The translations under genes and the position numbers were made by a program. 64,000 nt of DNA from a virus. Numbering within the stretch: position 1 is the stretch's first letter; each line of letters opens with the position of its first letter. Positions 18,642 through 26,526 of this stretch are shown piece by piece. A model generated the notes under the pieces. It had not been told where the DNA came from. It saw only the letters and a program-made list of their open reading frames with translations, and made no database searches. The DNA is taken from positions 40,720 through 104,719 of IMG/VR virus record IMGVR_UViG_3300046332_000238; one strand, written 5' to 3'.

Positions 18642-18888
18642 AAATATTTTTGGATGGTCAAAAACTAATGGCCTAAGTATTATGGCTAATGGTGCAATGT
18701 TTGCATTGGTTATATTGTTAATAGTACCTATGTTTGCAGTGAAAAAACCAGAAGTTGAAATGAAAGACTTCAAAGATGGCATACAAAATCATTTGACATG
18801 GTCAATTAAGAATGAATGCTTTTTTGTTAAACCACACACAGATACCACAGTGTATCTGATCCGTGTACCTGATTGTGATAGAAAATAA
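18625..18888 (+). CDS. hypothetical membrane-anchored protein
   Basis: GGAG RBS, TM, paired Cys. Confidence 0.65.
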   Translation: MAYLLKNIFGWSKTNGLSIMANGAMFALVILLIVPMFAVKKPEVEMKDFKDGIQNHLTWSIKNECFFVKPHTDTTVYLIRVPDCDRK

Positions 18889-18897
18889 GGAGAAGTT

Positions 18898-19191
18898 ATG
18901 AGTTTATTTGTTGAAGTTACCTCGATTGAAAAACAATGTAAAGTTATTGTTAATATGGAACACATTGTAGAAATTGCACCACTTGCTTCTGGTGGTTGTG
19001 CATTGTTTACTATTGATAGTGCAGGTGTTGGTGCAAAAGCATCGATGCGGGTATCTGATGATTACAGTCAATTTATCCAGTTTGCTGTACAACCAGTATC
19101 TGCTGAAGATATTGCAAAACGTTTTCCTAAAGTATCTACCGAAGCAGAACCTAAAGCAAAATCACCAAAGGTAGAAATTCCTAAACTATGA
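18898..19191 (+). CDS. hypothetical protein
   Basis: AAGGAG RBS. Confidence 0.75.
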   Translation: MSLFVEVTSIEKQCKVIVNMEHIVEIAPLASGGCALFTIDSAGVGAKASMRVSDDYSQFIQFAVQPVSAEDIAKRFPKVSTEAEPKAKSPKVEIPKL

Positions 19192-19475
19192 ACGATCTCC
19201 TAACAGGGATATTTTCTTGGATTAAAGATGATTATCGGACCTACCCTTTACGTTTTCTTATTGAGCTTCTTGCTTGGGCTATCAGCATTGGTTGTAGTCT
19301 CACTATGGCGCTCACGGTACCTAATCCTCCCCTTCTTAGTATGTACCCTGTTTGGATCATTGGTTGTTGCCTTTATGGCTGGGCTGCTTACTCTAGGAAG
19401 TCTTTTGGTATGCTTGCTAACTACCTTTTGTTGGTTACCATAGATTCCATAGGACTCCTACGAATGATTAGTTGA
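19188..19475 (+). CDS. 3-TM membrane protein
   Basis: three hydrophobic segments. Confidence 0.7.
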   Translation: MNDLLTGIFSWIKDDYRTYPLRFLIELLAWAISIGCSLTMALTVPNPPLLSMYPVWIIGCCLYGWAAYSRKSFGMLANYLLLVTIDSIGLLRMIS

Positions 19476-19500
19476 CAATTAACTGTGGCCATGTTATAAT
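19472..19500 (+). promoter_or_regulatory. sigma70 promoter
   Basis: TTGACA-N17-TATAAT with extended TG. Confidence 0.75.
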
Positions 19501-19528
19501 TGTATCTCTTATATTATGAAAGTTTCTC

Positions 19529-20128
19529 GTGAATATCTTTTATCTTGACAATGACCCAGTTAAATGTGCAGAAATGCATAACGATAAACATTGTATCAAA
19601 ATGATTCTGGAATATGCTCAACTCCTTTCCACTGCTCATCGCGTTCTTGATGGCGTTTCCACTATCGGCCTTACTAGCACCGGTCGGAAAAAAACTTCCT
19701 TCGTCCTCTCCGATGCTCGGGATGCCATTCTTTATTCTGCTACTCACATTAATCATCCGTCTGCAATTTGGGTAAGACAATCAGATAAAAATTATGACTG
19801 GTTGTTTTCTCTGTTTCAGGCATTGATGGATGAGTACACATATCGTTATGGTAAAACCCATGCCTGTTCTAAACTTGAAATGTCTCTTGCTAGAATACCA
19901 CAAAATATTCCACAAAAACCTTTCACTGAACCAACACCTGCAATGCCGCCAGAAATAAAAGTACCAAAAGCAGGACCTCGTGGTCAATTGCATTATGATT
20001 CTATTGCTTCGTATAAGAATTACTATATACAAAGTAAAGTACACCTTGCCTCATGGAAAGGTAAAACAAATTCTCGTCCAGTTCCGCAATGGTTTCAAAC
20101 TGGATTAGAAAAACTAGCAGTAATTTAA
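19529..20128 (+). CDS. pyrimidine-dimer DNA glycosylase (DenV)-like family protein
   Basis: MNIFYLD.DP...A..H.DKH..KM.LE.AQLLST, TH.NHPS..W, EY..RYGK.H. Confidence 0.75.
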   Translation: MNIFYLDNDPVKCAEMHNDKHCIKMILEYAQLLSTAHRVLDGVSTIGLTSTGRKKTSFVLSDARDAILYSATHINHPSAIWVRQSDKNYDWLFSLFQALMDEYTYRYGKTHACSKLEMSLARIPQNIPQKPFTEPTPAMPPEIKVPKAGPRGQLHYDSIASYKNYYIQSKVHLASWKGKTNSRPVPQWFQTGLEKLAVI

Positions 20129-20154
20129 CTTGAACTTTATTAATAAGGAAACAC

Positions 20155-20733
20155 ATGAAATTTGTAAAAATCTTGGCAGTAGCAGCAGTAATGATGGCAA
20201 GTTCCGCGTTCGCACAGAACACTGGATATACTACGTTTGAATTCTCACAAGAAACTAAACGTGCTGATGATTCAGACAAACTCAAGGGTGGTCTAGTCGT
20301 TGGTGTGAAAACACCACAAGGTCAAGACTACAGCGTTAAATTGGAATCGAGTCAAACTCGTGTTGGTGAAGGTTCGATTTCAACTGGTTTAGAAGTTCGT
20401 GCAAAACAAAACTTTGCAGATGTTGGTTATGGTATTAAACCATACCTTGGTGTTCGTCTAGGCGAGAAAATGACTAGTGATGAACACTTTAGTCACTATG
20501 CAGTTGATGCTGGTGTAAAGTTTCCGATTGTCGGAAAACTTAGTGGAGATGTTGGTGTACGTTATCGTAATGCTTTCAATACTGTAAATGCATTTGAAAG
20601 CACACGTTACCATGTTATCGCAGCATATGCATTGACTAAGACAGATTCAGTTGCAGTTCGTTACAGCCAAGCATATGGTGATGTTGCAGAAGAAAAAGAT
20701 GCATGGCGTTTGAGTTACACACATAGTTTCTAA
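20155..20733 (+). CDS. outer-membrane beta-barrel (porin-like) protein
   Basis: Sec signal ending in AFA, alternating beta-strand pattern, C-terminal YTHSF. Confidence 0.75.
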   Translation: MKFVKILAVAAVMMASSAFAQNTGYTTFEFSQETKRADDSDKLKGGLVVGVKTPQGQDYSVKLESSQTRVGEGSISTGLEVRAKQNFADVGYGIKPYLGVRLGEKMTSDEHFSHYAVDAGVKFPIVGKLSGDVGVRYRNAFNTVNAFESTRYHVIAAYALTKTDSVAVRYSQAYGDVAEEKDAWRLSYTHSF

Positions 20734-20751
20734 TATTAAAGTATAAAGAAG

Positions 20752-20775
20752 AACTCTCCTTCATGGAGAGTTTTT
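20752..20775 (+). terminator. intrinsic terminator
   Basis: AACTCTCC-ttcat-GGAGAGTT + T run. Confidence 0.7.
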
Positions 20776-20802
20776 CACTTCTTGATTACATAAAGAAATA
20801 TA

Positions 20803-21081
20803 ATGCCAACATATCAATTCAAAAATTCAAAAACGGATGAAATTGAAGAACATCGTATGAGTTATACTGTACTCGATGAATTCAAGACAGAAAATCCACA
20901 CCTAACTATACATATTAGTGCTGAAAATATACCTATTCTTGGTGATGCCACGAGAATGAGTATTCCGGGTCACGGACAGCCACATGCAGCATTCGAGACT
21001 GGAGTAATCCAACGAATGAAGGAAACCATTCCTGGCAACACCATGTCTGGTCATAAAACGAAAGCACCGAGAGAGTGGTAA
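20803..21081 (+). CDS. FmdB-like small protein
   Basis: MPTY.F.. start; usual position upstream of phoH. Confidence 0.65.
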   Translation: MPTYQFKNSKTDEIEEHRMSYTVLDEFKTENPHLTIHISAENIPILGDATRMSIPGHGQPHAAFETGVIQRMKETIPGNTMSGHKTKAPREW

Positions 21082-21120
21082 AAACAAAAAAACTTCCTGC
21101 TTTACTAACTAGGAGTATCA

Positions 21121-21822
21121 ATGGCAACCGCAAAAAAGAAAACAGCTGCAGCTCAGGCACAAAGTCAGCACTTTTCAGTAAAAAGAATCAAACCCCTAAC
21201 AGAGAACCAAGGGAAAACGTTTGATGCATATGAGGAAGGTAATCACCTAGTATTATCTGGCTCAGCAGGTTCAGGAAAATCATTCTTAGCAATGTATCTT
21301 GGACTAAAAGATGTATTGACCGAAAATTCACATTATAACAAGATCATCATTATTCGGTCTGCGGTACCGTCAAGAGATTTAGGTTTTGTTCCAGGTTCAT
21401 TGGAAGAAAAGGCCAAGATTTACCAAGAACCATACATGAACATTGTGAATGAAATCATTGGTCGTGGAGATGCATGGCATTTCTTAATGCACAAAGAGAT
21501 TGTGCAGTTTCAAACAACCAGTTTTCTTCGTGGTTTAACATTCAGTGATTGTATCATTGTGTTTGATGAATTCCAATCTGCAACCTTCCATGAAATTGAT
21601 ACAGTATTAACCCGTGTGGGTGATAATTGTAGGTTCATGTTGTGTGGCGACTTCAACCAAAACGATCTGAATATCAAGAAAGAGAAATCTGGTTTCACTG
21701 ATATCATTCGTATTCTGGATAAATTAGAAAATATCTCACACATTAAATTTGGTATTGAAGATGTGGTGCGTAGTGGTTTCGTTAAAGATTACCTACAAGC
21801 AAAGGAAAGTTTGAGTCTATAA
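21121..21822 (+). CDS. phoH: PhoH family ATPase
   Basis: GSAGSGKS, LGFVPG...EK, FLRGLTF, DE.Q, GD..Q.D, DVVRSG. Confidence 0.92.
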   Translation: MATAKKKTAAAQAQSQHFSVKRIKPLTENQGKTFDAYEEGNHLVLSGSAGSGKSFLAMYLGLKDVLTENSHYNKIIIIRSAVPSRDLGFVPGSLEEKAKIYQEPYMNIVNEIIGRGDAWHFLMHKEIVQFQTTSFLRGLTFSDCIIVFDEFQSATFHEIDTVLTRVGDNCRFMLCGDFNQNDLNIKKEKSGFTDIIRILDKLENISHIKFGIEDVVRSGFVKDYLQAKESLSL

Positions 21823-21825
21823 ATA
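21818..21825 (+). promoter_or_regulatory. T4-type late promoter
   Basis: TATAAATA overlapping the phoH stop, 30 nt before ORF 21855. Confidence 0.7.
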
Positions 21826-21854
21826 GTAGTATCTCCAACACAAACAAATTAAAA

Positions 21855-23924
21855 ATGACAATAACATCATCAAATGTTTCATTAGATTCTATTCAAACTG
21901 AATTTGGAGGAACCAATCCAATTGACATAACCGAATATTATGCCGGTGGATTATATGTACTGCCCGGAACTACAGGAACAAATGGTCCAATACCAAGTTC
22001 TGGGCAAATTGGTTTGTCACAGTTTATAGGAACAGCTCAACCTGGTGTGACATGGACATACCAAGATGATTTGTCGAAAATAGGAACCATATGGGGACAA
22101 ACTGAACAAGTACTTGATATTGATTACGGTACTGTATTTTGTGCTGTTGGTGATTCAGGTAAAGTTGCTACTAGTACTGATGGTGTTACATGGACATATC
22201 AAGATGGATTAAGATCAACATCATGGGGTTCATCGGATGCCGTTAATGCCATTGCGTGGAACGGTACTGTATTTTGTGCTGTTGGTGATTCAGGTAAAGT
22301 TGCTACTAGTACTGATGGTGTTACATGGACATATCAAGATGGATTAAGATCAACATCATGGGGCAGTACCGTCACAGTAAATGATATTGTATGGAATGGA
22401 AACATATTCTGTGTTGTTGGATCATCCACACATGTTGCTACCAGTCCTGATGGTGTTACATGGACGTATCAATCAGGTTTAACTTCCGTAGCCAGTGGAT
22501 GGACAACACAACCAGTGCATGCCATTGCATGGAACGGTACTGTATTTTGTGTTGGTGCAGAACTTGGACATATTGCTACTAGTACTGATGGTGTTACATG
22601 GACAAATCAAAATGGACTATTGTCCACAGGATGGGGTTCAGGTACTGCGGTTTTTGCTATCACATGGAATGGAACCATATTTTGTGTTGGTGGTGCTTCC
22701 GGTAAAATAGCAACCAGCACTGATGGAGTTACATGGACAAATAGAACCAGTTTGTCTGGAACAGGATGGGGATCAGTAGATTCTGTAAGATCAATTACCT
22801 GGAATGGAACCATATTTTGTGTTGGTGGTGATAATGGCAAAATAGCAACAGGAAATTCAACAGGATCGACTTGGACATATCGTTCTGGTCTAAAATCAAC
22901 CTTCTGGTATGATAATGTTGTAAATTCTGTTTTATGGAATGGCACCAAATTCTGTGCTGTTGGTGGTGTGGCTAGAGTTGCTACCAGTACAGACGGTATT
23001 ACATGGACATATCAAGACGGATTAGCTAAATTCACAACAGTATTTGCTAATACCATAAAAGATTGTGTATGGAACGGATCCAAATTTTGTATTGTTGGAG
23101 AAACCAATCATGTTGCAACAAGTGATGATGGTGTTACATGGACCTTCCAATCTGGACTCATCACAACAATGGGTGGAATAGCAAATATCTTTAATGCCAT
23201 TGCGTGGAACGGTACTGTATTTTGTGCTGTTGGTGATTCAGGTAAAGTTGCTACTAGTCCTGATGGTGTTACATGGACAAATAGAACCAGTTTGTCCGGA
23301 ACAGGATATGGCACAGATAATTGTAATGATATTGTTTGGAACGGTACAAAATTTGTCGTTGTTGGTGGTGGAGGTAAAGTAGGCAATAGTACCGATGGCA
23401 TCTCATGGACTTATCAGGGTCAATTAAGAACAACCACATGGAATAATTCTATATGTAATGCCATTACATGGAACGGTACAAAATTTGTTGTTGTGGGTGA
23501 TGGAGGAAATGTTGCAACGGGTACAGATGGTGCTACATGGACATACCAAGGGGGTTTAAAAACGACCACATGGACTACTGGCGCAGTTTATTCAATCACA
23601 TACAATTCATCAATATTTGTAATAGGTGGTGGTGCTGGAAATCTTGCTACCAGTCCTGATGGTGTTACATGGACGGATCAGAGCGGTTTAAATGCAACAG
23701 GATGGGGTGTTAGCACTGTTTGGTCAATCACATGGACGGGTAGATTATTTGTTGCTGTTGGTGACTCAGGTAAAGTTGCTACCAGTACGGATGGTGTTAC
23801 ATGGACGTATCGAACAACATTAAGATCAACTGCATGGAGTACATCAACTGTTAACACGATTGTGTTGACGAATAATAAATTACTCATCGGTGGTTTGTTA
23901 GGCAAAGTTGCTACTTCTCCTTAA
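21855..23924 (+). CDS. virion-type beta-propeller repeat protein (putative adhesin)
   Basis: about 14 repeats of 45 aa (WNG..F..VG..G..ATS.DG.TWT); fibre-tip-like N-terminus IQTEFGGTNPI...EYYAGG. Confidence 0.75.
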   Translation: MTITSSNVSLDSIQTEFGGTNPIDITEYYAGGLYVLPGTTGTNGPIPSSGQIGLSQFIGTAQPGVTWTYQDDLSKIGTIWGQTEQVLDIDYGTVFCAVGDSGKVATSTDGVTWTYQDGLRSTSWGSSDAVNAIAWNGTVFCAVGDSGKVATSTDGVTWTYQDGLRSTSWGSTVTVNDIVWNGNIFCVVGSSTHVATSPDGVTWTYQSGLTSVASGWTTQPVHAIAWNGTVFCVGAELGHIATSTDGVTWTNQNGLLSTGWGSGTAVFAITWNGTIFCVGGASGKIATSTDGVTWTNRTSLSGTGWGSVDSVRSITWNGTIFCVGGDNGKIATGNSTGSTWTYRSGLKSTFWYDNVVNSVLWNGTKFCAVGGVARVATSTDGITWTYQDGLAKFTTVFANTIKDCVWNGSKFCIVGETNHVATSDDGVTWTFQSGLITTMGGIANIFNAIAWNGTVFCAVGDSGKVATSPDGVTWTNRTSLSGTGYGTDNCNDIVWNGTKFVVVGGGGKVGNSTDGISWTYQGQLRTTTWNNSICNAITWNGTKFVVVGDGGNVATGTDGATWTYQGGLKTTTWTTGAVYSITYNSSIFVIGGGAGNLATSPDGVTWTDQSGLNATGWGVSTVWSITWTGRLFVAVGDSGKVATSTDGVTWTYRTTLRSTAWSTSTVNTIVLTNNKLLIGGLLGKVATSP
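22126..22363 (+). repeat. 103-bp exact direct repeat, period 135 bp
   Basis: 22126-22228 = 22261-22363. Confidence 0.85.
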
Positions 23925-23945
23925 AATAAAAGAAATGAATATACT

Positions 23946-24605
23946 ATGTTTAATTATTGCCCACCTAAAGACTTGCAAGACCTGAAGTCACAAACCTTCC
24001 CTGATGGTAAAAGATATTATACATTGGAAGATGGCACTAAGTTGCCATCTGTTACCACTGTGCTTGGTGCCAAAAAGAAAGAGGGTATTCTTGCATGGCG
24101 TAAACGTGTGGGTGAAGAAGAAGCCAATCGTATCTCCAGACAGGCCACATCACGCGGTACGAACGTTCATACAATTTGTGAACACTATCTCAATAACAAA
24201 CCAGGTTTCTCTAAGGGCATCATGCCTGACGCTGTGGAGATGTTTAAGAGTATTCGACCAACACTAGATAAGATTAACAACATTCATTACCAAGAAGTTG
24301 CATTGTGGTCTAAGCAATTAGGTCTTGCTGGTCGTGTAGACTGTATTGGTGAATATGATGGTGTGTTATCTTCTATCGACTTCAAGACCTCCAAGAAAAT
24401 TAAGAAACGTGAAGATATTCTGGATTACTTTTGGCAGACTACAGCATATGCGTTGATGTATGAGGAACTGGTTGGTGTTCCCATTCATCAGTTGGTTGTT
24501 ATCATGGCAGTGGAGAACGAACAACCATTGGTATTCATTGAGAAAACTTCAGATCACATCCAAGGTTTGGTTGATGCAATTGCATATTACCGGAAGAATG
24601 CTTGA
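23946..24605 (+). CDS. PD-(D/E)XK (Cas4-like fold) exonuclease
   Basis: PSVTTVL, RGT.VH, AGRVD, IDFKTS, Q..AYA. Confidence 0.85.
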   Translation: MFNYCPPKDLQDLKSQTFPDGKRYYTLEDGTKLPSVTTVLGAKKKEGILAWRKRVGEEEANRISRQATSRGTNVHTICEHYLNNKPGFSKGIMPDAVEMFKSIRPTLDKINNIHYQEVALWSKQLGLAGRVDCIGEYDGVLSSIDFKTSKKIKKREDILDYFWQTTAYALMYEELVGVPIHQLVVIMAVENEQPLVFIEKTSDHIQGLVDAIAYYRKNA

Positions 24606-24630
24606 CAAAGTAAAATAAATAGAGTATAAT
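24602..24630 (+). promoter_or_regulatory. consensus sigma70 promoter of the tmRNA gene, with an ATAAATA late-like motif in the spacer
   Basis: TTGACA 24602-24607, 17 nt, TATAAT 24625-24630. Confidence 0.85.
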
Positions 24631-24636
24631 GTAAGT

Positions 24637-24980
24637 TAGTAAAATGGTAGTACAACTTAGTAATTGAAAGGGTGGCGACACGCCGGGGCGGTACCGGCCC
24701 GGTCCACCATAAGGAATTTATGAACTTGAAATGGTATCAAATATTATTATGCTTAGCTGTTCCAATAAACTATTTTTATTGGTTGGTGTTACATAGATTT
24801 TTTATGATGGGCCGGAAATAGTTTCGACCGACATTTAAGTATATTATTAAGCTACTCGACACAGAGAGTCGTAAAAAGTAAAAACTAGTAAATGCAAACG
24901 ATAACTCGTTCCGCCAAGTAGCCTAAAAACTACTAGCTGAGGTTTCGCAAGGTGTCCTTATAATCAAATCACCTTGCAAG
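24637..24980 (+). ncRNA. ssrA: circularly permuted two-piece tmRNA
   Basis: acceptor piece first: T-arm GCCGG-GGCGGTA-CCGGC, CCGGTCC-A-CCA ending 24709. Coding piece starts GGGCCGG at 24809 (G3.U70). Tag ANDNSFRQVA* at 24894-24926. Outer ends approximate. Confidence 0.9.
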
Positions 24981-24997
24981 AATCATGATTTTCTGCA

Positions 24998-25027
24998 TTG
25001 ACTTTTAAAGTTATTTTGATATATAAT
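24998..25027 (+). promoter_or_regulatory. sigma70 promoter of pqqA
   Basis: TTGACT-N18-TATAAT, then hairpin GTTATGTC-atttc-GACATAAC and AGGAG RBS. Confidence 0.65.
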
Positions 25028-25068
25028 ATGAGTTATGTCATTTCGACATAACAACACAGGAGAATTAT

Positions 25069-25143
25069 ATGAATTGGACTACACCAGCAGCAATTGATCT
25101 ACGTTTTGGTTTCGAAATTACACTTTATATCGCAAATCGTTGA
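25069..25143 (+). CDS. pqqA: PQQ precursor peptide (24 aa, not in track)
   Basis: MNWTTPAAIDLRFGFEITLYIANR: W..P...D.R.GFE...Y with ExxxY; strong RBS. Confidence 0.92.
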   Translation: MNWTTPAAIDLRFGFEITLYIANR

Positions 25144-25215
25144 TACATAAATAATATTATGAGTTAGAGTTCTCACTAAAAACTCAATCACACACATACA
25201 CAGTTAGGATTTAAA

Positions 25216-25500
25216 ATGTCACAACCCATGTCTCCGTTCCAGATAAGGATGGAATTGTTGAAGATGGCCAAAGAATTATTGGTCGATGACTTCAACACAA
25301 AAAAAGATGTAATTCAAGAAGTCTGGCAAACTCAAGTGGAATCTGCAAAAATTGCAGGTGCAACATCACCTCCACATCCTACATTGCCACCATATCCCAC
25401 AGAAGAAGAAATTGTAAAGAAAGCAGAAGCTCTCAATCAATTTGTTTCTCAAACCACTCCATCACCAGAAATAAAGATCACGAAGAAATCTAATTCGTAA
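25216..25500 (+). CDS. conserved phage hypothetical protein
   Basis: PF.IR.ELLKMA...YPT.EEI..KA..LN.FVS. Confidence 0.75.
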   Translation: MSQPMSPFQIRMELLKMAKELLVDDFNTKKDVIQEVWQTQVESAKIAGATSPPHPTLPPYPTEEEIVKKAEALNQFVSQTTPSPEIKITKKSNS

Positions 25501-25555
25501 TTGGAGAAAAAGAGTCTAACGTATTTTCGTTAGTCTCCAATCAACAAGGAGAAGT

Positions 25556-26050
25556 ATGATGAGAATAATCTTATCCAAAGCTTTGGCCATTGCATTATTG
25601 GTCACATTAATACCACTACATTCACAAGAGCAACCACTACCTACAACCAAACAAGTTTCAATGGCCATTCAGCAAGAGATCAATTGTTTATCTGAAACAA
25701 TATATTATGAAGCTGGTAATGAATCTTATGAAGGTAAGTTAGCTGTTGCTGCTGTGGTAATAAACAGGACAAAATCTAAACTGTTTCCATCAAGTATATG
25801 TTCTGTTGTTTATCAAAAAACAGGAAATATATATCAATTTTCTTGGGTGGGAACAAAAAAATATGTCAAAAATATATATTCTTGGGAAGAATCTCAGATG
25901 GTGGCAAAAAAAGCCTTTACAGAATCCAATATACACCATACGATACAGAAATCAAATGCATTATTTTATCACAATACATCCGTTGATCCAAAGTGGAAAT
26001 TAAAATTCATTGTAAAAATAGGAAATCATTTATTTTATTCCAAAACTTGA
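25556..26050 (+). CDS. SleB-like cell wall hydrolase (Hydrolase_2)
   Basis: CL...IYYEA..E...GK.AVA.V..NR, QFSW, IGNH.FY; N-terminal signal. Confidence 0.85.
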   Translation: MMRIILSKALAIALLVTLIPLHSQEQPLPTTKQVSMAIQQEINCLSETIYYEAGNESYEGKLAVAAVVINRTKSKLFPSSICSVVYQKTGNIYQFSWVGTKKYVKNIYSWEESQMVAKKAFTESNIHHTIQKSNALFYHNTSVDPKWKLKFIVKIGNHLFYSKT

Positions 26051-26199
26051 CAATACCAACCTTTATAAATTTTTGAACTAACTGATCCGTGATATCCAGA
26101 AACAACTTTTTTTACAGTAGAAGAACCTATATAAAACATAGGTAATTTATTACCTGAATATATAGTTAAATATGTACAGAAAATATTTGTACTTGACAT
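26035..26199 (-). pseudogene. truncated GIY-YIG endonuclease (54 aa, not in track)
   Basis: MSSTNIFCTYLTIYSGNKLPMFYIGSS...GYHGS, then runs into the antisense end of the hydrolase gene. Confidence 0.75.
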
Positions 26200-26221
26200 A
26201 GCTGTGTCCTTGTGTTATGAT
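26193..26221 (+). promoter_or_regulatory. sigma70 promoter embedded in leader copy 2, pointing to gp33
   Basis: TTGACA 26193-26198, 17 nt, TGn-TATGAT 26216-26221. Confidence 0.7.
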
Positions 26222-26272
26222 TTGACATAGAGTAGGTGGGTATTACAGTACCGTGACCTACACCTATTTATA
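26200..26272 (-). ncRNA. conserved structured leader, copy 2
   Basis: TATAAATA ggt GTAGGT cac GGTA ctgtaa TACC c ACCTAC tcta TGTC...GACA cagct ATG. Confidence 0.7.
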
Positions 26273-26304
26273 TAACAAATTTAAACTATAATGTGAAAAT
26301 CATA

Positions 26305-26526
26305 ATGCCTACAAAGAATGAGATTAGTGAATTTAGTGATACGATTGAAGAAATAACCAGTCAATTAAAGTGTACTCGATTGGATGCAATACTTCATCAT
26401 TGTGAACAGACAGGTATGGAACTTGATGTGGCATCAACGTTGATTTCTTCTTCATTGAAATGTAAGATCGAAGAAGAATCACAAGAACTGAACCTGTTGA
26501 AGAAGAAATCTAGACTGATGTTTTAA
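26305..26526 (+). CDS. 33: late-transcription coactivator gp33
   Basis: FS..IE......LDAI...C...........LIS..LK.KIE.E...LNLL; upstream of gp59/gp32. Confidence 0.8.
   Translation: MPTKNEISEFSDTIEEITSQLKCTRLDAILHHCEQTGMELDVASTLISSSLKCKIEEESQELNLLKKKSRLMF

Noticed and set aside
21855-23924. CRISPR array or diversity-generating retroelement in the propeller or fibre repeats
   Set aside because: Repeats are in-frame coding units without unique spacers; no reverse transcriptase or adenine-specific TR/VR pair is seen
23946-24605. Cas4-like nuclease as part of a CRISPR system
   Set aside because: No repeat-spacer array or other cas genes; this exonuclease is common in T4-like phages
24675-24709. 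Stand-alone tRNA gene
   Set aside because: No anticodon arm; its acceptor partner lies downstream at 24809, so it is the tmRNA acceptor piece
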